Source: Chthonomonadales bacterium
GTDB taxonomy: Bacteria; Armatimonadota; Chthonomonadetes; Chthonomonadales; CAJBBX01
Length of the DNA stretch: 64,000 bases
Direction of reading: 5' to 3'
Assembly: GCA_049967475.1 (NCBI GenBank)
Contig: JBMFSQ010000007.1
Coordinates: 1 to 64,000, forward strand
The notes under the pieces were generated by a model. The model was not told the origin of the DNA. It searched no databases and saw nothing but the letters and a program-made list of their open reading frames with translations. The translations under genes were made by a program, and so were the position numbers. Below, piece after piece: positions 49,058-59,900 of the stretch. Positions within the stretch are counted from its first letter, which is position 1. Every line of letters starts with the position of its first letter.

Positions 49058-49954
49058 ATGAATAGAGGACGGATCCAAAGCGGTTTTACGCTCATCGAGC
49101 TGCTCACCGTCATCGCAATCATCGCGGTGCTTGCAGCCATAATCTTTCCCGTTGCCGGCACGGTGCGGGAGCAGGCGCGGGCTTCGAGCTGCATGACCCA
49201 GCTCCACCAGCTATGGGTAGCGGCCAACGTGTATCGTCAGGACGAAGGAGGCTATCCTCCTGCCCTTCTTGGGTATGCGGAACAGGGCGTGCCGGATAAC
49301 AACGGGGTCTGCACGGGCACGGTGAGTACGGGCGATCCGTACGATCCGGGTGTGAATAACGGATGCGCTGCCAATCTGGATCGGCTTGTAAACGGCTTTA
49401 TGTATCCGGAGCAGTTCAACGACAGCAACCTGGTTCTTTGCCCGGACAACATTCCCAAACCCACCAAGAACCTGGTGACCATCGCCCACTTCCCGCCGAA
49501 GCCCGTCAACTGGCCTGCGAATTACCGATACATTACCGATGCCAGCTCGGACCCCAACGCGCCCGTGAACGTGTGCGGGAGCGATGCGGCGGGCCTCATA
49601 GACTGTTTCACATCCGGCCCCAACCAGGGGAAGCCCAAATACTACTATGTTTGGGATTCCTACGACATCGGGCCCCGCATCAATCCTGACGGTACGCCGT
49701 TCCTCATCAACGGACAGCGCGTTTACGACGTTCACTACAGCCTGAACTGGACGGGCGACACGGGCATGTTCGATCTGCCCGTGCAGCTCAAGTACAGCAA
49801 TCCGCCCACGGACAAGACGATCCTCACATACTGCACGTGGCATAGCGTGGTGGCGAATACCGGCAGCGTCACGAGCATCAACCTTGCGGGAACGGCGAAG
49901 AAGGTGCCTGTGGGTCAGATTGTGGCCAACGGAGCGAATGTGTTCAACCGGTAG
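49058..49954 (+). CDS. Type IV prepilin-like protein (298 aa), Cys-rich
   Basis: Class III signal G|FTLIELLTVIAIIAVLAAIIFP followed by REQARASSC. Confidence 0.85.
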   Translation: MNRGRIQSGFTLIELLTVIAIIAVLAAIIFPVAGTVREQARASSCMTQLHQLWVAANVYRQDEGGYPPALLGYAEQGVPDNNGVCTGTVSTGDPYDPGVNNGCAANLDRLVNGFMYPEQFNDSNLVLCPDNIPKPTKNLVTIAHFPPKPVNWPANYRYITDASSDPNAPVNVCGSDAAGLIDCFTSGPNQGKPKYYYVWDSYDIGPRINPDGTPFLINGQRVYDVHYSLNWTGDTGMFDLPVQLKYSNPPTDKTILTYCTWHSVVANTGSVTSINLAGTAKKVPVGQIVANGANVFNR

Positions 49955-50028
49955 TGCGGGTACGCCGGATGGCGGTTCTTCACGGAGCAACGAAGCAGCC
50001 TGCAGTGCGAAGCAGCGGAAGCAAAGCC

Positions 50029-51837
50029 ATGGCGAACAGACGACACACAGCAGGAATATCCCTCATCGAAGTGATGGTGGTGATGGTGTTGCTGCTCATC
50101 GGGATCTTCTCGGTGATCCGCCTCTTTCCGCCAGGCTTCCTCATCAACAAGGAGACGGAAGCCGCTACGCTGGCCGCCCGCCTGGCACAGCAAGAAGTGG
50201 ATCGCTTCAGCAACAATTCCGCTAACCTCATGAGCGCCGTGGTTCCGATCCTCCCTGTGCCGGCCAATAACGCCTTTGGCTATGCTTTCCGCGTGGACAC
50301 CGATGCCACTCCGGATGACCTCAGCGAAGGGCAACCTGGGATCCCTGGGGTGGATCCCTACTACTATTCCAACGTGAACAAGATCCGCCGGATCATCGGC
50401 GAATTCGTGCGGATACCGATCCCTACGCCCATCGCAGCGGGGAAGGGGTCTGTTTACATGTTGAGTTCCGGGCCAGTGTACAACGTTCCGTGGGACGGCC
50501 AAACGGAAAGCATCTTCGTGCACGGGGCGCCCATGTTCCGGTCCGTTCAGGATGTGAACGACCCGTACGGCCCGCATCTTTCCCGGCCGCAGCAGTACGC
50601 CATAGACTACGACGACGCACAGGTGGCTTTCTTCCCGCAACCTTACGATCGGCAATTCCTAGCCACGTACAGCTACTACGATGCCAACAACATCGTGCAG
50701 ACCATCGTGGATGAAGTAATTTCGATCCCGGCGGGGACCTTTGGCTGGGTTCCGTTCACCGGGAATAACGGCCGGCCCCTGGTGCCCGGCAGTGACACGA
50801 TCTCGCGGAAATTCATCCGCATCACGCCTGATCCCAACACGGGCCGATATGCTTGGTCGCCGAACGACCCATACCAATACGATGTTCTTTCTGCCAACGA
50901 CGGCACGTTTGCCAACGTAGGGGTTTTGGTATTCAACCCATTGGGTCATAACTTCAACGAGAGCACACCGGGCGGCGTCCAACCCCTGAGCGCACGGATT
51001 GATTACGACGTTTTGGATTGGCGCATCATCCGGGAGGATCGGCCTATGCCCGGGGCAGCGCCCTACGAGGTGCGCCTCACACTCAAGGACATCAAGAAGC
51101 TGGGCGACACGGACGACGACCAAACCCAATATATCGGTCTTTTCCGGGATCCTGCGATCCCCGCAGCGAACCGTGTGGACCTGCTGGTCTACAGCGTAGC
51201 CACAGGCGCGCGCATCCCGCAGGTGGATCCGAACACGAACCAACGCAACTGGATGGTGGATTACAAGCAGGGCATCGTAACCTTTACGGATGCGTTCGGA
51301 TCGCAGAACCAGGGCGGCGTGTTTCGGTTTTTCTATAAGGCGCATGGAGATTGGGCACTCCAGGTTCAGAAAGCGCCGGATCTTTACCGGTACCGCAATA
51401 CTCCCAACATCTCATTTGCGGAATACTACGTGCCCGTGCAGGCGGCAGACCCTGGCCGGCCCACCCGCATGTACTTCCCTTTGATGGATGCGGGCAAGAC
51501 CGTGGCAATTCGGGATCTTTGGTACAAAGACGGCTCCGGCACTTCTCACCACGTGACCAACGAGGCATACCGCATCAATCCTCTGCGCGCCAACTTCGAG
51601 ACCGTGGGGGGGCGGGTGCTGACGTACATAGACCTCACGGAGAAGCATCCCGACGCCGTCGGGTGGGACACGGCGCCCGCCGGCATCGCCGCCAACGGCG
51701 TCCAGGGCATCTCCTTTAAATCGCGCGTACTTTGGACCAACGGAAGCACGGTGTCTCAGGTGGCCGTGGGCAATGTGGTCCATACGCGGTGGCGGAAGAT
51801 AGATTTAGACACGTTTCTTACACGCACGGCTAATTGA
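50029..51837 (+). CDS. Large prepilin-like protein (602 aa), PilV-position
   Basis: RRHTAG|ISLIEVMVVMVLL class III signal with Glu5. Confidence 0.8.
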   Translation: MANRRHTAGISLIEVMVVMVLLLIGIFSVIRLFPPGFLINKETEAATLAARLAQQEVDRFSNNSANLMSAVVPILPVPANNAFGYAFRVDTDATPDDLSEGQPGIPGVDPYYYSNVNKIRRIIGEFVRIPIPTPIAAGKGSVYMLSSGPVYNVPWDGQTESIFVHGAPMFRSVQDVNDPYGPHLSRPQQYAIDYDDAQVAFFPQPYDRQFLATYSYYDANNIVQTIVDEVISIPAGTFGWVPFTGNNGRPLVPGSDTISRKFIRITPDPNTGRYAWSPNDPYQYDVLSANDGTFANVGVLVFNPLGHNFNESTPGGVQPLSARIDYDVLDWRIIREDRPMPGAAPYEVRLTLKDIKKLGDTDDDQTQYIGLFRDPAIPAANRVDLLVYSVATGARIPQVDPNTNQRNWMVDYKQGIVTFTDAFGSQNQGGVFRFFYKAHGDWALQVQKAPDLYRYRNTPNISFAEYYVPVQAADPGRPTRMYFPLMDAGKTVAIRDLWYKDGSGTSHHVTNEAYRINPLRANFETVGGRVLTYIDLTEKHPDAVGWDTAPAGIAANGVQGISFKSRVLWTNGSTVSQVAVGNVVHTRWRKIDLDTFLTRTAN

Positions 51838-51851
51838 GAGACACGGGTCCG

Positions 51852-53921
51852 ATGAGATCGCAGAGGACACAGGCTAGGGTAGGGCGTGGTTTCACGCTGA
51901 TTGAACTTTTGGTAGTGATGGCGATCACGACCATCCTGCTGGGTTTGATCTTCGGCCCGCTGGTTCAGAGCTTCAACCTCACCAACCGCGCCCGCGTACA
52001 GGTTTTGGCTCAGGACACGGCACGTTCCACGATGGAGATCCTGCAGCGGGATTTGGCCAACGGTGTCTTTGTATTCGACGAGATCCCATCCCCTGGGCAA
52101 CTGCAACCAGGCGAAGCGCCCTTGCCCAACAGCATCCGGTTTTGGGTGCGCGACAATACGGGGACGATGCGTTCGATGCTGCTGCCCTATTCCATGATGG
52201 ACCTTGTTCCTCCCGCGCGTGCGAATGACCAAAACGCCGCGGTGCCCGTAAGCCAAATAGATCCTACTACCGGTTTGCCCATCAATCGGGGGGACCTGGC
52301 GCTGCCGGTGGCTCCGGGCCGCGTAATCGTTCGGTACTTTTTAGGGCTGCGAGACAATCACACCCCGCCCAATGCTGCTCAAGGGAGCGGACCTGCGATC
52401 CCCTACGGCGACTATTACGACAACCCGCGGGACCCGTTCGTCAATTCCGTGTCGCTCCACAATCCGATGATCCTTTATCGGGCGGTGGTGTCACCCTATC
52501 TGCCGGATGGCCAGGTGGATCGGCGCCTTTTCCATGTAGACGCCAATGGGCGGCCCATCCTTTACGATCCGGATTTCTTCTGCGACAGCTCACCCGCGGG
52601 CGCCGTATTGCTGCCGGGCGGGATTGCGTCGACCGCCGTGCCCGGGTGGAAGGATGACAACGGCGATGGGCGTGCGGAGATTTGCGAGAACTGGCGCGCC
52701 ATAGCCCGGCCCGTGGTTCCAGTAGACCGAGCAGACGAAGTATTGCTGCAACGAGACAACCAAGGCAACGTACTCTACGATGCAAACACGGGATTGCCTC
52801 GCCCGGCGACCCAGGTGCGCCTGCAGCCGGCCTACGTGGGTAATGACGCCGGCGCTCCTTCGGCTTTGGGAGACGTGGGTAACGAGAGCCCCGTCGTAGC
52901 GCCGGCATCATGGATCGAAACCAATGGGGCGTGGGTTACCCCCTACCGGGTGTTTGTATTTCGATCGGGCTTGGATGCGACGGTGCTCAATTACTTCCTG
53001 GCGACGGGCGACGGCACCATCCACCATCAAACGTATGACACGGGGACAGGAGGCACCACGGACACGCTGACGGACTTCCAACTGGACGCGAATGGTGAAC
53101 TTCCATTGGGGAAGCGGCCCGACATGATGTTCACGGTAGACGTGAACCGTGGAATGGTGAACTTCATCTTCCCGGATTGGGTGGTACTGCACAATGCCAA
53201 CGGGAAGCCCATTCCTTCGGTATACAACACCGCGGATATCAATGCGCGATACGCCGCTGCAGTTCAATCCCAGGGGGGAGCCAACAACAACGTTTACCGA
53301 TACATCAGCCTTGCGAGCTTGGATCCCAAGGACAACCCGGATATCGGGCAGGCGCCGGCACCACCCCGGCCTCCCCTCGAGAAGCAGGCGGATGGGCGCA
53401 CCTACATCCCCAACGTGCGCATCGTTCCGGGGTCGGAGGTAGTGACTGGGCCCGACATGCGCCCCGGCCCGCACTACGGCCAGGAAATCACCTACACGCG
53501 TGTACCGCGCTGGGGCAACGATCCCATGAAGTTGGGGCCCAATGAATACATGATCAACTACACCGATGGGCCCAACAACACAACGAATGACCCCCTGCAG
53601 GCAGCGGGCACCATCATCTTCGATAGTCAACCGGATCCGGATCCGGCGCCAGATCCAAACAATCCCGACGGCAAGCCCCGGGTCCATTGGCTGCCGGTGT
53701 TTGCCTACGACAACAACGGCAATTTAACCGCTCCTGCAGCCAAGATCAAGGTTACGTACAAGATCCAGAACAATCTGCCCAGCGATGTGGTGAAGGCCGA
53801 TTACCTCACTCGGCAGTTGATGACCGTGTCCGTTGGAGTGCGGCTTTTCGACCTCAATTCGGGACAGCCTCAACAGGCAACACTGACGCAGCAGGTGAAG
53901 GTTCGCAATATCCAGAGATAG
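51852..53921 (+). CDS. Large prepilin-like protein (689 aa), PilW-like
   Basis: RG|FTLIELLVVMAI; QDTAR..MEILQRDLA helix and C-terminal LTQQVKVRN, both typical of PilW/GspJ. Confidence 0.8.
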   Translation: MRSQRTQARVGRGFTLIELLVVMAITTILLGLIFGPLVQSFNLTNRARVQVLAQDTARSTMEILQRDLANGVFVFDEIPSPGQLQPGEAPLPNSIRFWVRDNTGTMRSMLLPYSMMDLVPPARANDQNAAVPVSQIDPTTGLPINRGDLALPVAPGRVIVRYFLGLRDNHTPPNAAQGSGPAIPYGDYYDNPRDPFVNSVSLHNPMILYRAVVSPYLPDGQVDRRLFHVDANGRPILYDPDFFCDSSPAGAVLLPGGIASTAVPGWKDDNGDGRAEICENWRAIARPVVPVDRADEVLLQRDNQGNVLYDANTGLPRPATQVRLQPAYVGNDAGAPSALGDVGNESPVVAPASWIETNGAWVTPYRVFVFRSGLDATVLNYFLATGDGTIHHQTYDTGTGGTTDTLTDFQLDANGELPLGKRPDMMFTVDVNRGMVNFIFPDWVVLHNANGKPIPSVYNTADINARYAAAVQSQGGANNNVYRYISLASLDPKDNPDIGQAPAPPRPPLEKQADGRTYIPNVRIVPGSEVVTGPDMRPGPHYGQEITYTRVPRWGNDPMKLGPNEYMINYTDGPNNTTNDPLQAAGTIIFDSQPDPDPAPDPNNPDGKPRVHWLPVFAYDNNGNLTAPAAKIKVTYKIQNNLPSDVVKADYLTRQLMTVSVGVRLFDLNSGQPQQATLTQQVKVRNIQR

Positions 53922-53948
53922 CGCTGGGCGGATCCGGATAGGCATGCG

Positions 53949-56900
53949 ATGAAGAAGAACCACCAGATGGAACTATGGGGCTTCAGAAAGCGGCAAAAGG
54001 GCCAGTCCCTGGTCGTTGCCGTAATCGTCATGTTCGTGCTTCTTTTTGTCGGCGGCATCTTCGTGGGGCTTGTGGCGCGCAATCTGCTCAACACCGGCCG
54101 AGCTCGGGAAACACTGGGCGCCTATGATTTCGCCATGGCGGGTCTGAGATACGCAGAGTATTACCTTCAAAACAGCCCGGAAGGGGCGGACTGGCGCCCT
54201 GCGCCTACGCCGCCCATCAACCCCAACGATCCCGACCGCCGCTGGCTGGATCCGGCAATCACCTATCCGCCCTTCACGCGCATTGATATGGGCAACGGCC
54301 GCGCGCTGATCCGCGTGAGTTACCAGCCTGGGTACAGCGGAGGCGTGGTGAACCCGCTGGGCAAGTACATCAAGATCGAGTCCGTAGGACGAAGCGGCTT
54401 CCTGAACCCCAGCGACCCCACTACGTTTCTGAATACGCCGGCACCGCGGCTGCGGCGGGAACTCGTGGGATACAAGGCCATCGGCATCACAGACTTCGTT
54501 CGGTTTGTGACCAATAAAAACAACGAGCCCAAATTCGAGGCGGATCTGGGCGTGCCGCCTGTGGGAGTTCCCGTCTTCACCGAGTACGGCGAGCTGCCGG
54601 TACGCACCCCTGGGTTGAACGATCCCAATTATAAGGTTCCCGGCGCGCCGATCATGGTGAATGGCGATGTGAACCTGCTGTACAATCTGGTGCTGGCGAT
54701 ACAGCCCGGCAATTCCGAGGCCGTTTTGGCAGCAGGCAAGATTGACACTCAGTGGCACCGTGAGGGCAAGCTCCCGCCCGACAACGGCTCCGATCCCCTG
54801 CACGTATTCCCCAGATACGTAGATCTTTCCAACCAGCCGGCTGCGTGGAGTTCCAACCATGATCCCACGGTGCTGCCCATCATTCGCTACAGTGATGATC
54901 CCCTGTTCGACACCTTCGGGGGCCACATCCGGGATGCCGCGGGTGTGCCGGACAACAACGGGTATGTGCGGGGCGTTCCGCGCCTCAACCCCCCGTTGAT
55001 TGATGCCGTGGATCCCGCGACGAATGTAGACCGGTACCGGGCTCTGACCCGCGATTCCGGGCGCTGGTTCGGCGGACCAGGGGGTTTCAACACCGGCCGC
55101 ATCGCTATGGGCGCGGGGATATGGATCAATAACTTCAACGACCAGGAACGCGAGAGCCAAGGGGTGGCAGGCGGCAAGACGCTGCGGTCTATTTGGCTCA
55201 ACCCACAAACCTACCCGGAGTATTGGAACGGCCCTTACTTCCTGCCGCCTGGAGCCATCGTTGAGTTTGGGTACCCCATCTCCCATCCCATAGATGCGCA
55301 GGGGAACGTGGACTTCAACAATTACACAGCGCTGCCGGGCTTCCGCATCGTGCGGGACCCCAGCGATCGCCCCTTCTTCGACCCGAGCGGCGCTACGTCG
55401 CCCAGAGAAGTTGTGTGGACCTTCTTCATTTACAAGCCTGCCGGGCAGCGACCCGTGATCAAACTCGAGAACCCGCTGCTGCGGAACTTTGCGCGCACGC
55501 GGCTGGGTTTGAGCGATCAGGATATCAACCGCCTGTTGCCGGCATTCGATGGCGTGATCATGGCCGAGGGCAATGTGCGCACACGGGGCCTCCTGCCCTC
55601 CAAAACCAACATGCCCGTTGTGCATGAAGCGGGGGATCCCGACAACCTGACGGATGATCAGATCCGCGATGCTGCGAACCCTCCGGCAATCACGCTGGTG
55701 TCGGCTGCGACCATCTATATCGAGGGGAGCTTGGTTCGCGAAAGCTATACCGAGAAGGTGAGCGGGCGCACGGTTCCCGGCAGCAGCCTGGCGCTGTTGG
55801 CCCTCAATTCTGTAGCGGTGAACACGACGGTCTTCATGGCGCCCAACAAGAATATGTACTTTGCCTCCTCAGACCAGGACCAATTGCCGCCGTTCCACAC
55901 GGCCATTGATGTAGGGGAGGCCGCCGCGACACCTCCGTTTGCATTGAGCTTTCTGTTCGGGGACGACCCCACCGGCTACACGGTGAATGGGAGTGCGGTA
56001 CCGTTGTACCTGATGCTTCGCCATGGGACCAATCAGCCCCTTACGTACCTGAACCTATTCGTGAATGAGCAATTCCCAGGCGCAGCGCCAAGTGCGTCTC
56101 GGTATGTGTTTGCGCCTAATGCGCTGGATCCGTATGCGTATCCGTTGGTCACGTTCGAACAGCGGGATTTTCAGTTCCTTCCCCAGCCGAACAATGCAAC
56201 GTATACCGTCTTTGCCACGCCGGGTGTCGCCAACACGGTCCGGCCCGGTGTGGATCCAAACTTTGCAGAGAATACGCCGGTGCAACCCTATCTCTTCTCA
56301 CGGGCGGCCATCGAGCCCATGGACGTGCGCATCGAGGCGGTGATCTACGCCGAGAACGGATCCTTCTTTGTGATCCCCGGGTACTCGCTCAACATGGATC
56401 CGAGCGACACGCGGGATGCGGCTCTTCGGCGGGCTGCGGCTGCTGGGTTGCCTCAGGGCACGATGCTTCGCCCCGCGGGGACCAGCGACCGGTATCCCTT
56501 CTATGGTGAGCCGTACGACTGCCGCATCACCATCGTGGGGGCTGTGGCGGAGAACCGAACAGCCAGCATCGCGGATCAGGCAGCATGGATGCGGCTTTGG
56601 GGATACATCCCCAGCGTGAACGGATCCACGGGGAAAGGACCCGGGGGCGGGAACCCCGATGCGGTTCCGGATGCCCATCTGAAGATTGATGAAGTGGGCG
56701 GTTCGCTGGCCACGGATTACCGCACCACCATGGAGAAGAATGCGGGCATCACCCGCGGTTTGCGCTTCCTTTACGATCCTTTGTTGCGTATGCCCTATGC
56801 AGGTTACAATCCTGCCGGCGGCCAGCCTCTGGTGCTGAATTCGTGGAACCACGTGCTGGGCGGCGCCGTGCGCCAGGATGACTACGGCCGGCCGCTTCCG

Positions 56901-56960
56901 CCGGCGCCGCGGCTTCCATTGTGTCCCGGTTTCGTGTTCTATGGAGAGGTGAGGCAATGA
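53949..56960 (+). CDS. Very large PilX/GspK-like prepilin (1003 aa)
   Basis: RQKG|QSLVVAVIVMF with no Glu5; A..FAMAGL.YA helix; IKIESVG; beta-rich C-terminus ending YDPLL...PP..P. Confidence 0.75.
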   Translation: MKKNHQMELWGFRKRQKGQSLVVAVIVMFVLLFVGGIFVGLVARNLLNTGRARETLGAYDFAMAGLRYAEYYLQNSPEGADWRPAPTPPINPNDPDRRWLDPAITYPPFTRIDMGNGRALIRVSYQPGYSGGVVNPLGKYIKIESVGRSGFLNPSDPTTFLNTPAPRLRRELVGYKAIGITDFVRFVTNKNNEPKFEADLGVPPVGVPVFTEYGELPVRTPGLNDPNYKVPGAPIMVNGDVNLLYNLVLAIQPGNSEAVLAAGKIDTQWHREGKLPPDNGSDPLHVFPRYVDLSNQPAAWSSNHDPTVLPIIRYSDDPLFDTFGGHIRDAAGVPDNNGYVRGVPRLNPPLIDAVDPATNVDRYRALTRDSGRWFGGPGGFNTGRIAMGAGIWINNFNDQERESQGVAGGKTLRSIWLNPQTYPEYWNGPYFLPPGAIVEFGYPISHPIDAQGNVDFNNYTALPGFRIVRDPSDRPFFDPSGATSPREVVWTFFIYKPAGQRPVIKLENPLLRNFARTRLGLSDQDINRLLPAFDGVIMAEGNVRTRGLLPSKTNMPVVHEAGDPDNLTDDQIRDAANPPAITLVSAATIYIEGSLVRESYTEKVSGRTVPGSSLALLALNSVAVNTTVFMAPNKNMYFASSDQDQLPPFHTAIDVGEAAATPPFALSFLFGDDPTGYTVNGSAVPLYLMLRHGTNQPLTYLNLFVNEQFPGAAPSASRYVFAPNALDPYAYPLVTFEQRDFQFLPQPNNATYTVFATPGVANTVRPGVDPNFAENTPVQPYLFSRAAIEPMDVRIEAVIYAENGSFFVIPGYSLNMDPSDTRDAALRRAAAAGLPQGTMLRPAGTSDRYPFYGEPYDCRITIVGAVAENRTASIADQAAWMRLWGYIPSVNGSTGKGPGGGNPDAVPDAHLKIDEVGGSLATDYRTTMEKNAGITRGLRFLYDPLLRMPYAGYNPAGGQPLVLNSWNHVLGGAVRQDDYGRPLPPAPRLPLCPGFVFYGEVRQ

Positions 56961-59900
56961 TGCGCGGGATGCGATGGTCTGCTCTATGGTTTGGGATTTT
57001 GCGGGATAGGGCGGTTCGGCCGAGCAGTAGCCCGGGGCTTTTCGGCCGGCCGATGCGTGAGGCGCTCGTTGTGGCGCTGCTGGGGTTATTCCTGGGGGGG
57101 CGCGCATCTGCTGATGCCCACTTTTATGCCAGCCAACGCCGACAGGTACGAGTAGGCATCGTCGTGTCCCAGGCGCTGGATGCCGGAGGAACGCTGGGAT
57201 CCGAGAACCCGGATCCGCACGTTTTCTACGTGTTGGACTCGCGCACAGACCTAAAGCCGGCCGGGATGGAATTTGTGAACCCCATGGCTCCGGCCGTAAT
57301 CACTCCTGCGATCTACCAGCGCTGGCGCAACCGCCCGCGGCCCGGCTTTCCGGACCCGGCGTTCGTGCAGGGGACGCCCCAATACGCACTCTTCCAGGTG
57401 GGGAACCGCGTCACCAAGAACATGGGGGCCTATTGGGAGGTCAACGTGGACACGGCCTCCGATGACGATCTGCGGCAATTCGACCTGCTCTATATTCATT
57501 CGCATATGCCGGCCATTCATTTCACTCCGGACGTTCTGGCCAAGTTGCGCCGCTTCATGGATGAGGGAGGAACGCTGTGGGTGGAGAATTGCGGCAACAT
57601 GGGCTTCAGCGCCAACGATCCGTTCCTCTTCGACATTCAGATGCACTCGGGGAACGCGCCGGGCGCCGGAGCCGTCATCGCGACCCCCAATCACCCTCTG
57701 CTTACGTACCCGTATGTTCTAAGCCCTCAGGAAGTGCAGCAACTCGGGGACAAGCGGGTAGCCGGTTATTACGTATACGACATTACAGATCCCAATGGAG
57801 CTGCGCACCCCAACTCGGTGCCTGGGCGCGAGACGTTGGCTCCCATCGTTTGGAACACGTTGGGGAACGCGCCTCAGCAGGGGCCGGGGGGCTTTTATCT
57901 TCCGGCGCCATCGTGGCGGGCCATGATCCTCGCCGGTCAGGTTGGGGCTGGGCGCCTCGTCGTAAGTTCACAGGATAGCGGCTGCTCCATCAACGACTAC
58001 GTGGGAGGGGTCAACGTGGGTTACGGCGGCAATAGCGGCGCCATCTCGGGAGACAACTTCCTCGCCGCTCGGCCCATGGACCTGGAATTCGTGTACAACA
58101 TGGCCACATGGGCTACTGCCCACATGACGGGGCTGGCCAACGCGCGAAGAACGAGCAGCGCTTCCGAAACCGTCGCACCCGTGCTTTCGGACAAGTGGGC
58201 GTGGCCTACGCAGAATGGCGGAACGGCCAAGTCCGGCGGAGTGACGTACTACAAAAACTGCGTTTTCACCGTGGATGGCGACCTGGTTCTTCACTGTTTC
58301 GACGCGCGGCCCGACGAAGACTTGGACGGGGATCAGAACCCAGATGACGGTCTGCCCGATTTCATCGCGGGCCAGCCGTACGATGAGGTGTGGAGGTTCC
58401 CGCTGAAGTCGGTAGACGCCAACGCCCAAGCGGCATCAACTCCCACCGTGTTCGAATTCTACGATGCGGATTACATCAACCGGCACGGCGCCACAACGGG
58501 GGACCTTGCGAACTTCAACCAGCGGGAACTGGTGGCCGTTACGCTTTCTGACGGGACGATTGTGGCCTTGCGCGCCTTCCCCCGGCTGGCGACGCCCGGT
58601 GTTCCGCTTGCTCCTCACACAAACGTAGAGTGGGTAGTTCAATTCGGCGCCGATTACCCCATGAGCTTCGACGGCCGCGCGCCCGTTGACGACACCGGGA
58701 ACCCCACGTGGATGGCGCCCGTGCCCTCCGTGGCCTTTTCCGAGGGTGTGGTATTCGCCGGCATCAACACTCCCAATGGCGGCCGAGTGGTGGCTATTGA
58801 TCCTCGAGAAGGGTTGAGCGCGCTCCGGCCGGGACCTCTGGGCGCGAACGGCGACACGGCGGACAAGTGCGCGGTTCCCGATGTGCCGGTGGGAATGCCC
58901 TCCATCCTGAGTGCACCTACCGTGGGTTACCAGCGGGACGAAGCCACAGGCGCTCAGGACAAGATGGTGTACGTGGCTGTTCCGCGCCCCCAGAATGGGC
59001 CCATGCTGCCCGAAACGATACGGGCCTTTTGGTTCGCCACAAAGGGTGAGCCGTTGCGGTTCCTGCGGGATGACAATAACGCGTCGCCCGCCCGGACTTA
59101 CTATGTGTCTCGTGCAGACAAACCCTGGTTTCTGTTCGATCCCAACGCGCCGGGCAACGACAATCAGGCTCTACGCCAGCGGGTATTCCACCGCTATACG
59201 GACCCGGTGACCGGCCAGTCCCTTATCGAGGAACTGAGGTACATCCCCCTCAGCAACATCAACCAGTTGGACACCAACACCTATTCCGTGGACGTTACCA
59301 AGGTTCCAGTCCAGGTAATCCTGAGCACTCAGGTGAACCGGCCTGGCGGAGGGACGGCTGCGCGAGATCCCAACCTAGACAGTTACTATGCCGATTACAC
59401 GCTGGATTGGGATCCCCAGGTTCAGAACCAGCAGAAAGTAAACGCCCGCAGTGTACTGATTGCTCCGGATCCTCAACAAACCGGCGCCCATATCGGCGGA
59501 GCACCGGCTCTATCCGGCGACAATCTCTTGTTTTACAACGTGAGCACGGTGCCGCCGGCAGGGCTGACGACTTCTGCGGGCGCAGGCGTGGTCTTCGGCG
59601 CAGAGGAACAGTTCTTGCGCACGGCGTTGAAGTGGACCTATGTGATGCACAATGGGTTCACGCTCACGGTGAACGGACAGGCGACGACGATCCCGCCGCG
59701 GCTACGCTTCATTGACACGGATCCGCGCTGGGCTGCATATTCCGGGCAATCGCTTACCGACGTGCAGTTCGTGGGCTCGCCTGCCTACGCCAATGGAACG
59801 GTCTATTCGGTAGCGCACGCACGCATCCAGGGTCCCGCGTTTGCCACGTACCCGGTGTCCGTGCTCTGCGCATTCAAGGCGAACCCCGAAATTGTGCTCC

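Noticed and set aside
53973..55625. Long antisense ORFs (also 4655-5800, 15658-17157, 43189-44511, 62480-63859)
   Set aside because: Shadow frames of real high-GC genes, with no motifs or RBS
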